Shown here: positions 13,770-27,012 of the stretch, piece by piece | How the letters are laid out: the number at the start of each line of letters is the position of its first letter | Numbering within the stretch: the stretch's first letter is position 1 | From: Octopus vulgaris | Taxonomy: Eukaryota | NCBI GenBank assembly: GCA_951406725.2 | Contig: OX597815.1 | Location: 173,600,001-173,664,000, forward strand | DNA length: 64,000 bases | Reading direction: 5' to 3' | The notes under the pieces: generated by a model | What the model was told of the DNA's origin: nothing | The model's input: the letters and a program-made list of their open reading frames with translations, nothing else | The model's database searches: none | Program-made: the position numbers and the translations under genes

Positions 13770-14009
13770 CCTTATTTTCTTGTCAATTCTTTCATCAAAA
13801 TCTTTAATCCTTAAGTGGCCTTGATTGACTACATTACTGTCAAAAACATCCAACAGCTGCCTTGCACGTTCACATTGATCTTCAAATTCTTCTTGACTTG
13901 TGACTGCAGCAGCACATAAAGGATCCCTGGTGAAAGTATCTGAGTTTACAGCAGAAACTTTGGAAATATCTCCAATGCCATCATGTTGTTGAAGAAAACT
14001 CTGCTTCTC
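13770..14009 (-). CDS. DMD: Dystrophin internal coding exon (linker plus start of R14; homologous to human DMD exon 38)
   Basis: Acceptor ATTATTTTCAG|, donor AGG|GTATGC, 240 nt, phase 0-0. The C-terminal part EEFEDQCERARQLLDVFDSNVVNQGHLRIKDFDERI resembles recalled human EQFNSDIQKLLEPLEAEIQQGVNLKEEDFNKDM. Confidence 0.88.
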
Positions 14010-14709
14010 CTGAAAATAATTGAACATATTTAATTAAAATCATTGATTACTTATACACACACACACATACAAATTGTTTTTCTTTTTTGTTCATTGGAAT
14101 ATTTTGAGTACATCAAACACACACAAATAGAAAAAAAATATTCCAATGCAAAAAACAAAACAAAAACAAAACAACAATTCAAAACCCCAGCAGTATGCTT
14201 AGTTGAAAAGAATGCTTTTCCTTCTAGGTACATGTTTTCAGAAAATATCAAATGTTTGGCTCACATTCTTTTATAATTAAAATCAATTTTGCTAACATCA
14301 TTTCATAATTCTAAAAATAAATAAAATTTGACTATACATTTCATTGCCAGTTTCTGATAGTAAACAATATTTTTAGTTTTTAACACAGAATGATATTAAC
14401 ATTTTCTGAAACACAGATCATTGGCCTAAATTGCGCTTGTCTAAGACTTGTTCATCATTTGGTAAGTTGCTGTCATCACTTACAGATTGAAATATCTTTA
14501 CAGAAAAGCAAGAAATATATATAAAGAAAATAAACTGTTGCTTTCAAAGTTGATAATATTTTTAATGAATAGAGAAGGCTAAGTAATTTAAATGTTATTT
14601 GAATGATTAACTTAAATTTGTATTTATGTAATGTAAGTTTGGTGCAAAACAGAGTAAAATATGTTACATGAGCAGAAACTAGTGTTAACTACTCATATCA
14701 ACACTACCT

Positions 14710-15600
14710 AATCATCAGACATTGGAAATGGCAAAATCATTCCTATTTTGAAACCTTAGCTCTGCAACTAAATTACCATCACATGTAACTTCAAGCTCTA
14801 ATGTTTGACTTCAAAAATTTCATGATGACTTAGCTCTCACTGACCAATCCACACATTTCTCTAACTCAATACACAGATTCAGCACACTACTCACAAAATT
14901 ACCACACAAAAAAAATTCACAACAGATAATAAAAAAAAAAAGAAAGAAAAAAAGAAGGAAAGAAAGTATTATCCTAACTACCATTAACATCAGCAAAGCT
15001 TTTCAGCTATTTCCCAATGCTCACCATATCTTTAAGAAGTAATACAAAACATTAACAAGCAATCTTTCACGTGCTAAGTTTATATAGTATACATATAAAA
15101 CATCCAGGATTTTCAATGTTTTTAAGGGAGTATTACAAGGAGCTGTCCTCTCACCTTGTTTTAACCAATATCTACACTGACCTCTATGCCACCACAGATG
15201 TGTACAGCTTCATATACAGATGACATTTTCCCACCATTCGTGAAATACTTCATAAATACATATATCAGAACGAAACACGGCTACAAAATAATAGACCTAT
15301 GAGTCTTTATATACAGCTCGATAACACTCACAGTACATCTAGACAAGATTAAAGACAAATGAATGAATGAATGCACTAACACAGTGCTCACAAGGACAAC
15401 ATCTAGCAAATAGCAAACAAAGTACAAACATTCAATCCATCATTGGTTAAGTCTGGTTGTGACTACTTCACAAAAATCCTCAACAAATTACAAAGAATAC
15501 AAAACATTATATTTCACAACATCATAGGTTTCATATAGCTTATACTCATGGACCAAAAACAACAAGAAACAAAATTATCATTAATGTTACATTCTTAAAT
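14710..15600 (+). mobile_element. Highly degenerate I/Jockey-like LINE RT remnant
   Basis: WK-AKIIPILKP-like at ~14720, LQGAVLSP at ~15132 and SYTDD at ~15210. Confidence 0.55.
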
Positions 15601-17211
15601 TTACATTTGATCACTAAACAAATCTGCAATCAGCTTTTGATTCCCAAGTATAGCAACATCACTTTCTTCCAATCCTGATGAGAAAGGCTAAAATATTTGC
15701 TCATTCCCTTTCCATATAAACTAAAGCTTCATACACAAAAATAAAACTTAAAAAGGGTTTAATTGCCTAAGTTCTCATTTAAAACAATGTTGTGTAAAAA
15801 ATTAATGTTATATCAATGAAATTCAGACACTTATAATTAAGTCATGTTGACTAATAAGAGTAGGACATAATAGTTTAAATTTTATTTTACATCAAGTTTT
15901 AAATTCATGAGAGTGAAATTTCAAATTAATAGCAAACATTAGTGATAGATAAATATAACTAATCATCTTTGTCTTAAAGAATAGCAGTTGGAAATTATGT
16001 AAATATACATATCTTTCTTCCTCCCCTTCTCCAAGTTTAACAGAAATATAAAAGTTAAATATTTTGCTGATTTCATGTCAACTGCAATCAGTTTTCATTT
16101 TTGAATATTCATAAATTTCCAGTCCAGCAAATATCAAATGGTCAGAATTAAATTTAGTCATAACAAATTGGGAGTGAACACTATTATCTTTCATCATTCC
16201 GTTTTGTTATGTCTGCATGATTTCCCAATGTAAAGTTCTGAAAGATTGCCAAATCTACATGGTTGTTAAGTCTCAAGCATCTGTACTTACTAATAACAGT
16301 TCTTTCTAAATAAATCTCAGTTGAGATATCTTGTTATTTGTATATCTGCAGACACAAATGTTAAATATTTTCAATATACATATGCCTGGTATAACTGGTT
16401 TCATATTGTTGCTCTGAGTCTTACTTCCTTCTAGTTTTATGCCTACTGATACAACGTATCAGCTGTATTGTCAGAACAGATAAAAAATGGATTTAAAAAC
16501 ACCTAATCATTACTCAAAAGACACATTTTTGCAAGCAAAATCTTTGAATATCTTGTATATTTTATTACTTAGCTATGTTTTCTCCTCACTTTCTTAGCAT
16601 CTCTAGTTGTACTTTCATATGACCTCTATTTGTATTTTCATATGACCCAGCTTAAAATGATAACTATATGAAGATGAACAAGTTTTTAATCTTTTCAGAT
16701 CTAATAAAACATTTGAATAAACCTTTTCTTGGGAGATAAACTATATTTCAGATATAGTACAGTGCTTTTTAAGTTCTCAAGCACCAATGGATAACCTGGT
16801 GTTCAAATGAACTGTGCTTATCATAAAGCACAAAATATAAATGAAAAGAAAAAAACAAGACAATTGCGAGAAATCACTCATAAGAACTAAAAATCTCTTT
16901 TTAGAGTGAGAGACATAAAGCCTGTTCTGTTACAGTAAAACTCAAAGATCTTTTTCTTTATTTTTACTAATATGTCTTAACATAGGACAAATTTAAAATT
17001 AACTCAAATCTTTTAATGTTATAAATATTGACTAACTTATCAGCTGTGCCAGTAGCACTGGTAGTAGCAATATTGGCTATTACCATCACAATTACATCTA
17101 ACACTGTCGTTCAGATATTAAAGCAATATAACAGCAGTACCATGTTAATTATATAACCATTTACAGTGCCAACATGGCTGGGTGGATTGGTTGGTTTCTG
17201 TTGGAGTAATT

Positions 17212-17386
17212 CCTCTGGAAGCCATCTACTCGCAACACCAGAGGGCGCACACTCTCCTACCCTGATGTAATCTCCAGGGATACAGGCATCCAGCAACAGG
17301 ACCTCCGTAATGCTATGATGGACCGTGAAGTCTGGCGCAACATGGTAAATTCCATTGTCTCGACCACGGTCGAACAATGATGATGA
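17212..17386 (+). mobile_element. Young 5'-truncated RTE-clade LINE insertion with 10-bp TSD
   Basis: Intact C-terminal frame LWKPSTRNTRGRTLSYPDVISRDTGIQQQDLRNAMMDREVWRNMVNSIVSTTVEQ*, then (TGA)n tail. TSD TGGAGTAATT at 17202-17211 and 17387-17396. Confidence 0.9.
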
Positions 17387-17670
17387 TGGAGTAATTTTCA
17401 CAGCTGTGTGTCTTTCTTATTGCTAACCACTCAAACATGAAAAATGGAACCTTGTTTTTGCAGTCAGGCCAAGTGGAGCAAGTCGAGTTATGTATCTAGT
17501 TTAGAGACACAGTACATGATGTAGTTCAGTACTTTAACTAAACAACCTGTGACGAATAGCAAAGTGCATAACTTTATGTACTCAAGAAAATATTTTCAAT
17601 CTGTATTTCATATGTAACACATGTATCTAATTTACAAACAAAATTCAGCTACATTTATGTAAGACCTTAA

Positions 17671-17889
17671 CCCTTTGGTATTTAAACCAGCTATACTCAA
17701 CCCTAATATTCTACTTGTTTTATGTTTAAACTGGCAAGACCCAATCTCTCACACCTACCCTACAATGCCATTCTAAAAACATACAATCACATCATCAAAA
17801 TTTCAAAGCTACAAGTAATGCATGATTAATTCAAAACAATGTGGATAAATAAGCATTACAGTTGACAGAATAATCTGAATACAAAAGGG
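17671..17889. mobile_element. piggyBac-type MITE
   Basis: TTAA|CCCTTTGGTATTTA ... TGAATACAAAAGGG|TTGA: CCC/GGG TIRs with a TTAA target, one side mutated. Confidence 0.8.
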
Positions 17890-20800
17890 TTGAAGTATGT
17901 AAAAATAGGAAACTGGAGGAAAATGCAAATTGTAGATGGAACCAGTAAAATATACATATGATTAGATTTGTCTAGATACAATAGCATCCAGCAAAGAGAA
18001 AGCATCAAAACATTTTTCAATTAAATCATAACAAAGCATTTTGCTACCACTTGTAGGTATGAATACCAAGGAACTACAATAAACTCTGCAAAATATCTAA
18101 AGAGTAAATGAATCAGATTAAAATACTCAATGAAATTATAAAAATATCACATAAGTTCTCTACTACTTTTTTACTAACATTTATGCCAAAAGATTTACTA
18201 TAAAAGCATCTAAAGCTGGAAGTTAATTTAAAAAAAAAAAAAAGAAAGCTTTGATATGAACACAAATTTACTGTTGGTATTCTGAAGCTATTTTAAAATT
18301 GATTGATAAAGAGAAAATGTATCTGCAATGTAACACAATGAACAAAGAGCCTTATACAAATAAAATTCTATAAAACAACAATAGTAGAACTAGAAAATTT
18401 AGAAAACTCTATCATCATCAACAGAAACATTGCTATTACAGTCATTGAGACAGGTTAGTGAAGATAGTACAAGGGGTTTGACGTGGAAGAATTTGAATTT
18501 AGCACTTAAAGTCAACAAAGTAGCTGCCTTAAAAATATTTGCTACTGGTACTGATAATTCACAATCAGAAAACCATAAGTGATTTTTTTTAAATTATAAA
18601 ATTAGGCATTCTTGGAAGGAATCAATCTATCTTAGTAAAAGATTATACAATTTTATACCATTTAACTACTTATACTTTTGCATATAGAAGTAAACCACGG
18701 TAAGTTAACACACAGACGAACAATTTATCAGTCTTAACCAGCAGTTTATCTATCTCCCCAGATAGAAGCTAGTTAAAGATAAAAATTAATAAAAATAATT
18801 CAAACTTAGAACGCACAAAAAAAAAAAAAATGAAAGGAAAATGGTTATTTTACCAAATAGCTCCTATAAGAACAAAAGATATCTGCATGTAATTGTATTT
18901 CTGCTTTTGGTTGATTTATAAATTACATGCATGAGATGAACAGATGTTTAACCAAAATATCTACGAAATTTTACTTTGTTTCAAATAATCTCCAAGTTAT
19001 AATTTATTCATGAATTAAACTTCAAGCAAAAACAGTACTTATTCTGCATGACCCAGAAAAAATAATTTGTGCCTGTTGCTCCATGGAGTCTGTTTTCAAC
19101 ATTTTCCTTCATTTAGTAGTAAGTGAAACTACACAATCATAACAAAGAATTCTGTGATAAAGTTTAAATATTCATATTCTACAATGCAGAAATAATATTA
19201 CCACATATACTTTTCTAGGATTAGAGCTATCATCAGGCAGGTAATAACTCTAGTCATTGGAATGTAGATATACACCTTGCATAAAATTGACTATATAATT
19301 GATTTCAGTAGTATATATATATATATATGAAGAATTGTTACATTCAGACTAAATATAGGTAATGTCGTAGACTAAAATCAAAAGCCAATAAGCAAATATG
19401 GCAGAGACCAAAGAGCAAATTTGCAGAATTGGGGGGAAATAGTCTTACTGAAAAAATGACATAGTTTTCAATAAATAAGAAAGAAATTAGAAGAACTTGG
19501 TTCTATATTCTCAGTTCAATAAATCAATAGGTACAAACAGCCTGGTTAGAGCTAGGATTTAGTTGTACCAATTGAATGGTAAAAAAAGAAAAGATAAACA
19601 TTTTTTTTAAAAAAGCAACAGCAAAGGTACCAAAAGGGTTGCCTAAAGATAGTTTCAGGTGCCTGGATGCTAGAGGAACTGGCATTAAAAAACACAGTAG
19701 CAAATGCAGAGAAATGATATAAAAAGTTTATCTACTCGCAATAACAAGTTTTGTTTCTCTCTGCAAAATGTGAAAATGTAGTAAGTGGCATGCTGATTAT
19801 AGGATAGGAGTGATAAATATTAGGAAAAAATATTAATCTTAAATATTAGAAAATGATAATGTTTATTACAAATTTAACGCTAAAAGATTTTGAGTTCTTG
19901 ATAAAACAAAAAGAAAAACACTTTTTCCAAATGAGAGAAAAGAAAATTATATCACTTCCGAAGATCCATCTAAACATTATTCAGTTCAGATTCTTCTTCT
20001 TACCTGTTAGTTAGGATTAAAGGAATTGCTCATGGCCCTTTACAGGGTCACCAAGTCTATGAATGGGAAAAGGAAAAGATTCCTTAAACTGGGTATCTGG
20101 TCTGAATACCTGAAACAGATAGGCTTCACTAAAGGTAGCCAAGGACCGTGTGGTAATGTTAAACTGGATAACTGGTAAGTTTATGACCAAGATAATATGC
20201 TGAGGGCCTGACATTGCATATATGCTGAGAAGACAAATGTATCTTTGTTTATTCAAGCTCAGATTTTCTAGTAAAGCACCTGGTATCTGCTTTTTTTTCT
20301 TTTAGAAGGATCTTTTGCCTATTGTGTAATAGGGATTGAGCTGAACTCTATGCTGTTGTCTCAACAGAATTATTTCTTAAAAGTATTTCAAACAAAAACT
20401 GAAATGGAGATGATCTTTCTCTTTGAATATACATTTAAGTATTCCTGCTATTGAACCTCATATGTAATGACATTTTTATAGCTATTTTTACTTAAAGGAC
20501 AGTTTTATTACAATAAATTGAATTGTAAAATGAAGGGACTTCAATAACACTTATCCACTCAGACATTAACATTAAGTTATTGCTTAGATTAAATGAGAAA
20601 TGGTAGTGATATGATCAATGGATCAATACTTCAAATCAATATTCTAATATTTTACTTTTATTTGCTTTATTTATTGGTTTGATGAATAATTCAATAGATG
20701 AAAACAAAACAAAACATAGATTCTCATAAAATACTTTTTTGTTTTCAACAACTTTTTTTTCTATTTTACAGAAGAACAACTTTCTTGAAAGCATTGCAGG

Positions 20801-21166
20801 TTAAAAATTTGTAATATACTTCTAAATATATATATATTTTTTCAATATTCACAAATATATTAATTCCTTAAAGCAGAAATAATAAAATTACATACAGACA
20901 TTCACACATTGTGTGTATGTCTATGTATGTTTATGAGATGAGGGTGGGTGAGTATAGAAAATAGTTAAAAAGCAAAACCAAAGAAATTGCTTTTTTTTGT
21001 TAATATATATAGCAAAAATTACAAAAAACAAAAATATATTTTTTATATGTAATCTTAGTTTAAATATTTGTAATTAAAAAAATATTAATTTGCTTTAGAT
21101 AAAAGGCAGAAATAACTATTTCATATGATGACAGTGGTGATTATCATAACAATGAATGTTTTAAAG

Positions 21167-21200
<34 letters not shown>

Positions 21201-22689
21201 GTGTGACTCAGTAATTAATGAGGTAAATTCCAGGCATATAAATTGAAAGTGGCAGTTTGTGCTCAATTAAAGCACATTCTTTTCATTGCCTTAGTCAACC
21301 CAGTGGAAAATACCCATCCACTTTCATTCACAAAATATCCAACAGTAAAATACTTTTGCAAACACCTAATTAAACACATGTAAAATTTATCCAGTTTTTA
21401 TACATAAGGGTAAGCAAGTGTAAATTTAAAAAGCATTTTAGACATTTTAAGGGAGATACACACCTTCAACAAAAATCCAAATTACAAAATATTGCTCTTA
21501 ACTATTATCAGTTTTATTTTCAACATTACTTTTTGTTTTAAGATGATACAAAATCGTGAGATAGCAACATCTTGCACAGCTCCAAGGCACAACTTAAAAT
21601 TTTTTTTCTTTTAATATTCTTAAACTGTTTTACACTTTCATATTTTAAATGGTTTCAGTTATTGCCCTATGGCCACACAGAGACACTGCTATCAGGAGTT
21701 TTAGTCGATCATATAGATATCGCTACATATTTCAGAGTGATGCTTATTTTATCAGTCTCTATTTTTAAAACCACTAAGTTACATAACATAAAAGGATAAA
21801 GTATAAAGCTTCTGTCTACTAAAAGCTGTTCTAGAAGACATGTCACCAATGTCCCTTGCATTGGGATTGAGTTTGAAACCACATTATTGTAAAGTGAACT
21901 TCTGAACCACACTTCCATAATTACACCTATATATAGGTTAAATAGGTGAAGCCATGAATCTGAAAGATTCCTACATCATTGATGTGACAGTTCTGTCATA
22001 CAGCTCCTTAAAATGAAATGCCTCACCTGCATATCAAAATATTAACTGCATTATATTTTCACTAGAATATTTATCATTGTTTCCAAGTAATACCGCTTAT
22101 GTCACACTCTCAGGTTAGGTATTATGGGTATCTTACCATTTGTAAAACAGGTTCACAAATGAATTTAAACTTCAAGTGTGTGTGTGTGTGTGTGTGCATG
22201 CACGCGCACATTGAGTTGTGCAAAAAATATACCTGAAGATAATCAGAAATTATACTGAGTGAAAGATAGTGCTAGTAAAATGTTAAGAGATCACTCTTGA
22301 TACTGTGCTGAGAATTTACCAGTGCAACAATAATAGAAGAATTAATTAATTTAACATTCAATTGTCTAGCTACAATAGCATCCAGCAAAGAGAAAATAGA
22401 TTCGTAATTTTTGAAGTACTTTAAGATGAAACTCAAAAATTCTATTACTAATGTAGTTGGCCTATTCTAAAATAGGAAATGATACAAAAGAAACTGTTGA
22501 TTTTGTTGCTTATTCAAACCAATAAACCACTAAAAGTTAATGTCTTAGATATAATTACTACATAGCAAAACTTAATTCAAGTTCTATTCTGACATCTGGA
22601 TAAGATAAATTTCTACATCATAACCCTCTAGATGATCCTTTTATGCAGCTCACAGTTCCTATCTTGAATTCAAAAGTTTTGTATTTTTT

Positions 22690-22992
22690 ATCTTTTATTT
22701 CTTTCAGTGTTTTGACTGTGGCCACACTAGAAGATGGTCCTGAAGGGTTTACTCAAACGAATCAACCCCAGTACTTATTCTATTGGTGTCTTTTTGCCAA
22801 ACCATTAAGTTAAGGGGGCATTAACAAACCAACACACAGACACATGATTGGCTTTCTATCAACCAAATCCACTCACAAGGCTTTGGTTGACCTGAGTTAT
22901 AGAGGAAGGTACTTGTCCAACATGTTGTGCAGTTGGACTGAACCAAAGACTATATAACTGGGAAGTAAACTTCTTATCACACAGCTATGCCT
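22690..22992 (-). mobile_element. tRNA-derived SINE family A (degenerate copy)
   Basis: Colinear with 45046-45445 (ccaaatccactcacaaggctttggt, tttcagt...tgactgtggcca). Confidence 0.85.
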
Positions 22993-25899
22993 ACTTATTT
23001 TTAACTTTCAAATGTGTTAATTAATAATGATTAACCATCACCCAAAATACTTAACTAATCTCCCATTAATTATTTCCAAACATCATGGCCTCATCTTCCA
23101 TCCATAGTATTTGCTAATATCTATTTCATTATATGACCATAAACTTAGTTTCTCTCTGCATTGGCAACCATTCAACACTCACTTTTGTTTATCCTCTTCA
23201 TACTCATGAAAATAATGTTCTTTATCATCATTCTTAAAGAGTATATGATTAGAAAAGTCAAAAGTTATCAATGGATAAATGAAAATATAATCTTTCAAAA
23301 TGGAAATCTATAAAACATAAAAAAACAACAACAAACAAAACCTCCAAAACATAGCAACATATTAATTATGAAAGTGGTATGAAATAGGAAATCAAAATTG
23401 TATATTTTCAATTTATAGCGGAAATTATTCTAATTAGATATTTATAAAGACAAATTCCAGAAGTAATTACTAATTAAGTTAAATGCCCGACTTTCTTATT
23501 GTAAGTTTTGGTCTATCTCTGCTCCAGTTAGACACACTTACAATTAAAAAAAAAAATCCTACCTATTCAAGATATTAACTGTCATCAATAACTTCATTAG
23601 CCTTAAACACTGTCCTAAGAAGGAATAGTAATGGCAGGTGCAGAGGGTCAACAAGTGATTTCCTCAGAGGGGGGACCACAACCAGAACTTACAAAAAAAT
23701 CAAACTAGACAGTGTTTGTGTTTGGTGGGGAACAAACTGCTACATTGCATCTTATGATAAATTACTGTTTTTGTAACTAGGTAGTGGCATGCCTAAATTT
23801 ATAACACGTGTTTCTTCATCACACCAGTTGTAAATTTCATATAGTTTAGCTTTTGCACACAGAAAAAACCCAAAAAAACTGTGTTTCATTCAAAGATAAT
23901 AAAATCTCTGTGTCCAACCATTATACTCTTATTAGGGCCAAATAATTATACCACATAATAATTTCAAAATGCTACTTCAGCAGTTAATCAGCTTCCCTTT
24001 ACAGTTACTTTTGCTGCCAAATACTCTTATGCATCAGAAGTATGATAAATTGTATTTCTTTGTCTCATTTCTAGAAACCCTACAACACTTTTATGCGGAA
24101 GCATTTCCTACCGTTTCCTTCCAGTATAACAGGAATATAGAATATTCACACACACACAGAGTTTAGTAGGTCCTCTACAACTTTAATCTTAATCGTTATG
24201 TTTTTTGAGCCAAGCCTACTTTTCTATGTCATATGTTTAGTCTGCAGTTCTTCAACAAATCATGCAAAAAAATTGGGGTAGTTAAGCAGATAAAAGATTC
24301 AAGTAGTAGCTAGTTTTGGACTCTGACAAACAGTTCTCTCAGTTATCACAATATATAACAAGATGCTAAGTCAACTATGATTTAGCATCTTGTTACAATA
24401 TCAAGCTACCAGTTTGATTCATTGACTTTTAATTCCATATATCCTTTAATCTTCCTTTTAAAAAAATGCTGGCCCCAATACCTAGTTACTGAAAATAACA
24501 CTTTCATTCACTAAGAGAATAAAAAATAGAAAAGAATCCTAATTACTGAAAATCCATAAGAAAAAACATTCTATACCAATTTTCAGCACTTAAAACATAC
24601 CTACTACAAACAAGTAATTTAATAAACAATGCAAATACTTATTGGCACATTTGGTCGAAATAAGGAGCCTATGCCATTGTTCTCTATAGGTAATATCAAC
24701 TGTTGAGTATAGCTCAGTCCCCAATCCTTGTATCACAAATTACTTAACTGTTAAATTACAAACCATCTTAAGTAGAATCCACCACATTATGCAGCAAATC
24801 AAAAATGTTATTAAACCAACATAGAAACCCATGTATTATTGCTTAACCTGCTAAAACAGCAGCAAAATGTTCCTCAAATCACACCTTATTGTTACAAAAG
24901 AGAAGAAAATTGAGGATACATCAACAAAGTAGTCTTAGATATACAAAAACAAATGGTTAAGGCTTGGAATGCCTTTGACCAGTGGTTTACTTGATCAAAG
25001 TTGTCTTTGGGCTAAACTACAACAACAGCCACAAAAATAATTTGTGAAGTTGTTTAATCCCTGAAACTACATGTCTATAACTACACACAACTACCGAGAT
25101 GCATAAATAACACTGAAAATGCGAAAGCATTCGAGAATCAGCACTTCACTTGCCTGGATCATGTAAGCAAATTACATGTCCAGCTGTGAAACCAATTATT
25201 TTACTTGGCACAAATGCCCAGCTGCATTGATGATTATTGACAAATTCCAAGAAATTAAGAGTTGAACTATCCTCTACTCTGACCACTACCTACAGACTTG
25301 ATCATACGCAAACAAATTAGGAAGCATCACAGGGAAAAGTGTACTGACCTTCACACAGTATTCTATGGTACCAGATAGCTGGGATATAACATTAGAGTGC
25401 TGAACCTATGCATTAGCTTGGGCTTTCAATCACAAGTTTTCCTGAGCAATATTGATTTCTAACATAAGTACAGGGCAATATCAAGCTATCTTTTATATAT
25501 ATCTAAAACAATTCTTGTGTAACAACCATTTGTAATATGTATTACCTCTTAACAAATTGCTATAACATTCATATTTTCTTTTATTAAAAATAATATAACA
25601 TCCATTTTATTTTGTAATCTTTCTTCAGCAATCCATAAATTTTTGTTGAAAATTCACACATTTTTTCTTCTATTTTGAAATCTGTTTTCAAATTCTTGGG
25701 TGAAGAAAGTTTTTCTTTTAAACATTTAAAATTCTAATCTTGTATAATTTGAATTGTTTTGCCTATATGTTTTTGACAGTATTGCTGCTACCTACACAAA
25801 TGTTTTAGGTCGTATTTAAAATAAAGTCATTTGACTAATTGGTAAATATCCCATCATAGATGTGCTGGTTATTCTTTCTGCTTCTCTACTACTCCTACA

Positions 25900-26810
25900 A
25901 CAGCTTCAGTTCTTTGGTCCTCACAGTGCTGAATATGAGCAACCTTTGTCTTCACAGCTTCTCCCTTGGGTAGATACACCTGTCTTCTAGCTTCCCTTCT
26001 GGCTATCTGATACAGTTCCCTGCTGCCCTCACTCTTACAGGCCTGTTTCTTTGCTCTAATGGCCCTGTCTACAGTATTGTGCCACCATCACATTACTCTA
26101 GGTTTGGAAGGGACTCTGCACCAGCCACAGATTTAATCTATGGCACTCAGCAAGCTATCTCACAGGAATTCCCAGTTGCCCTCTATGTCACAAGTTTGTA
26201 GCTCCTCTACAGAGTCTAAAGTTGCTAATGACTAGTCTATGTTGTGGAGTACATTCTTCACCAGGGAGGGTCTTTGTATTTAAGAGCAACCATGCATCCC
26301 ACTGTCTGGCTTCCTGAAGTTGGTGTTGCAGATCAAAAGGTTATTTGCATTACAGAACTCCAGTAGCCTTGTTCCCTCTTTGTTTCGGGAACCAATTCCA
26401 TGAACACCATGGAAGATATCAGGCTGCTGTACAACGCACCCATTGAAATCCCCAGCCATGAAGATTAGATCATTGCTACCCATCTTTGAGGTAGCCTGCA
26501 GAAGAATGTCATAAAAGTGGTTCCTCTGTTCGTTTGGTAGGCCTGCTTGTGGGGCATAGGCAGATATAATTGTAGCTATACTATTCTGCAAGACTAGCTT
26601 GAGCTTAAGTACTCTGTTGCACACTCTGACTACCTCTATGATCTTATCCATCCATTTCTCTGCAAGAAGCATGCCCACACCACCTACTCTGTCATTGCTA
26701 CCTTCCCAGAAGATTTTATACCTATGTGTCTTGTCTGTGAGGAACTTGGCTGAAGCTCCTCTCCACCTTACTTCTCAGATGCAGGATACATCAACTCATC
26801 TCTGAGAAGA
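25900..26810 (-). mobile_element. RTE (BovB-like) LINE fragment: AP endonuclease domain and linker
   Basis: EVRWRG...FWEG...GGVGMLLAEKW...IISAYAPQAG...MAGDFNG...GIGSRNKEGTRLLEFC...LLICNTNFRK, then a WWHNTVDRAIRAKK linker, with stops and deletions. Confidence 0.9.
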
Positions 26811-26899
26811 GACACAATCAGGATAAGAAGAAACGGCTCATGTGTTAGTTGTGGATGTGTCTTTGTGGATGAGGAATATAGCTTGGTAGTTCAGAGGAA

Positions 26900-27012
26900 G
26901 CAAAAGGCAGATTGTTTGATGCCTGTGTGTGAATAGCCATGCTGCATGACAGTGAAACATGGGCTATGACAGCCGAGGACATGCCAGCATGGACAACAAA
27001 TGATGATGATGA
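26900..27012 (+). mobile_element. RTE LINE 3' fragment with internal deletion
   Basis: GRLFDACV*IAMLHDSETWAMTAEDM fused directly to the tail catgccagcatgga...(tga)n. Confidence 0.75.

Noticed and set aside
16140-16700. Possible hAT transposase remnants (also ~33040-33480)
   Set aside because: Motifs are too eroded to support a call without an alignment.
26280-26678. Endonuclease ORF as a host gene ('CFDP2-like')
   Set aside because: It is an RTE LINE AP-endonuclease fragment with flanking stops and deletions.
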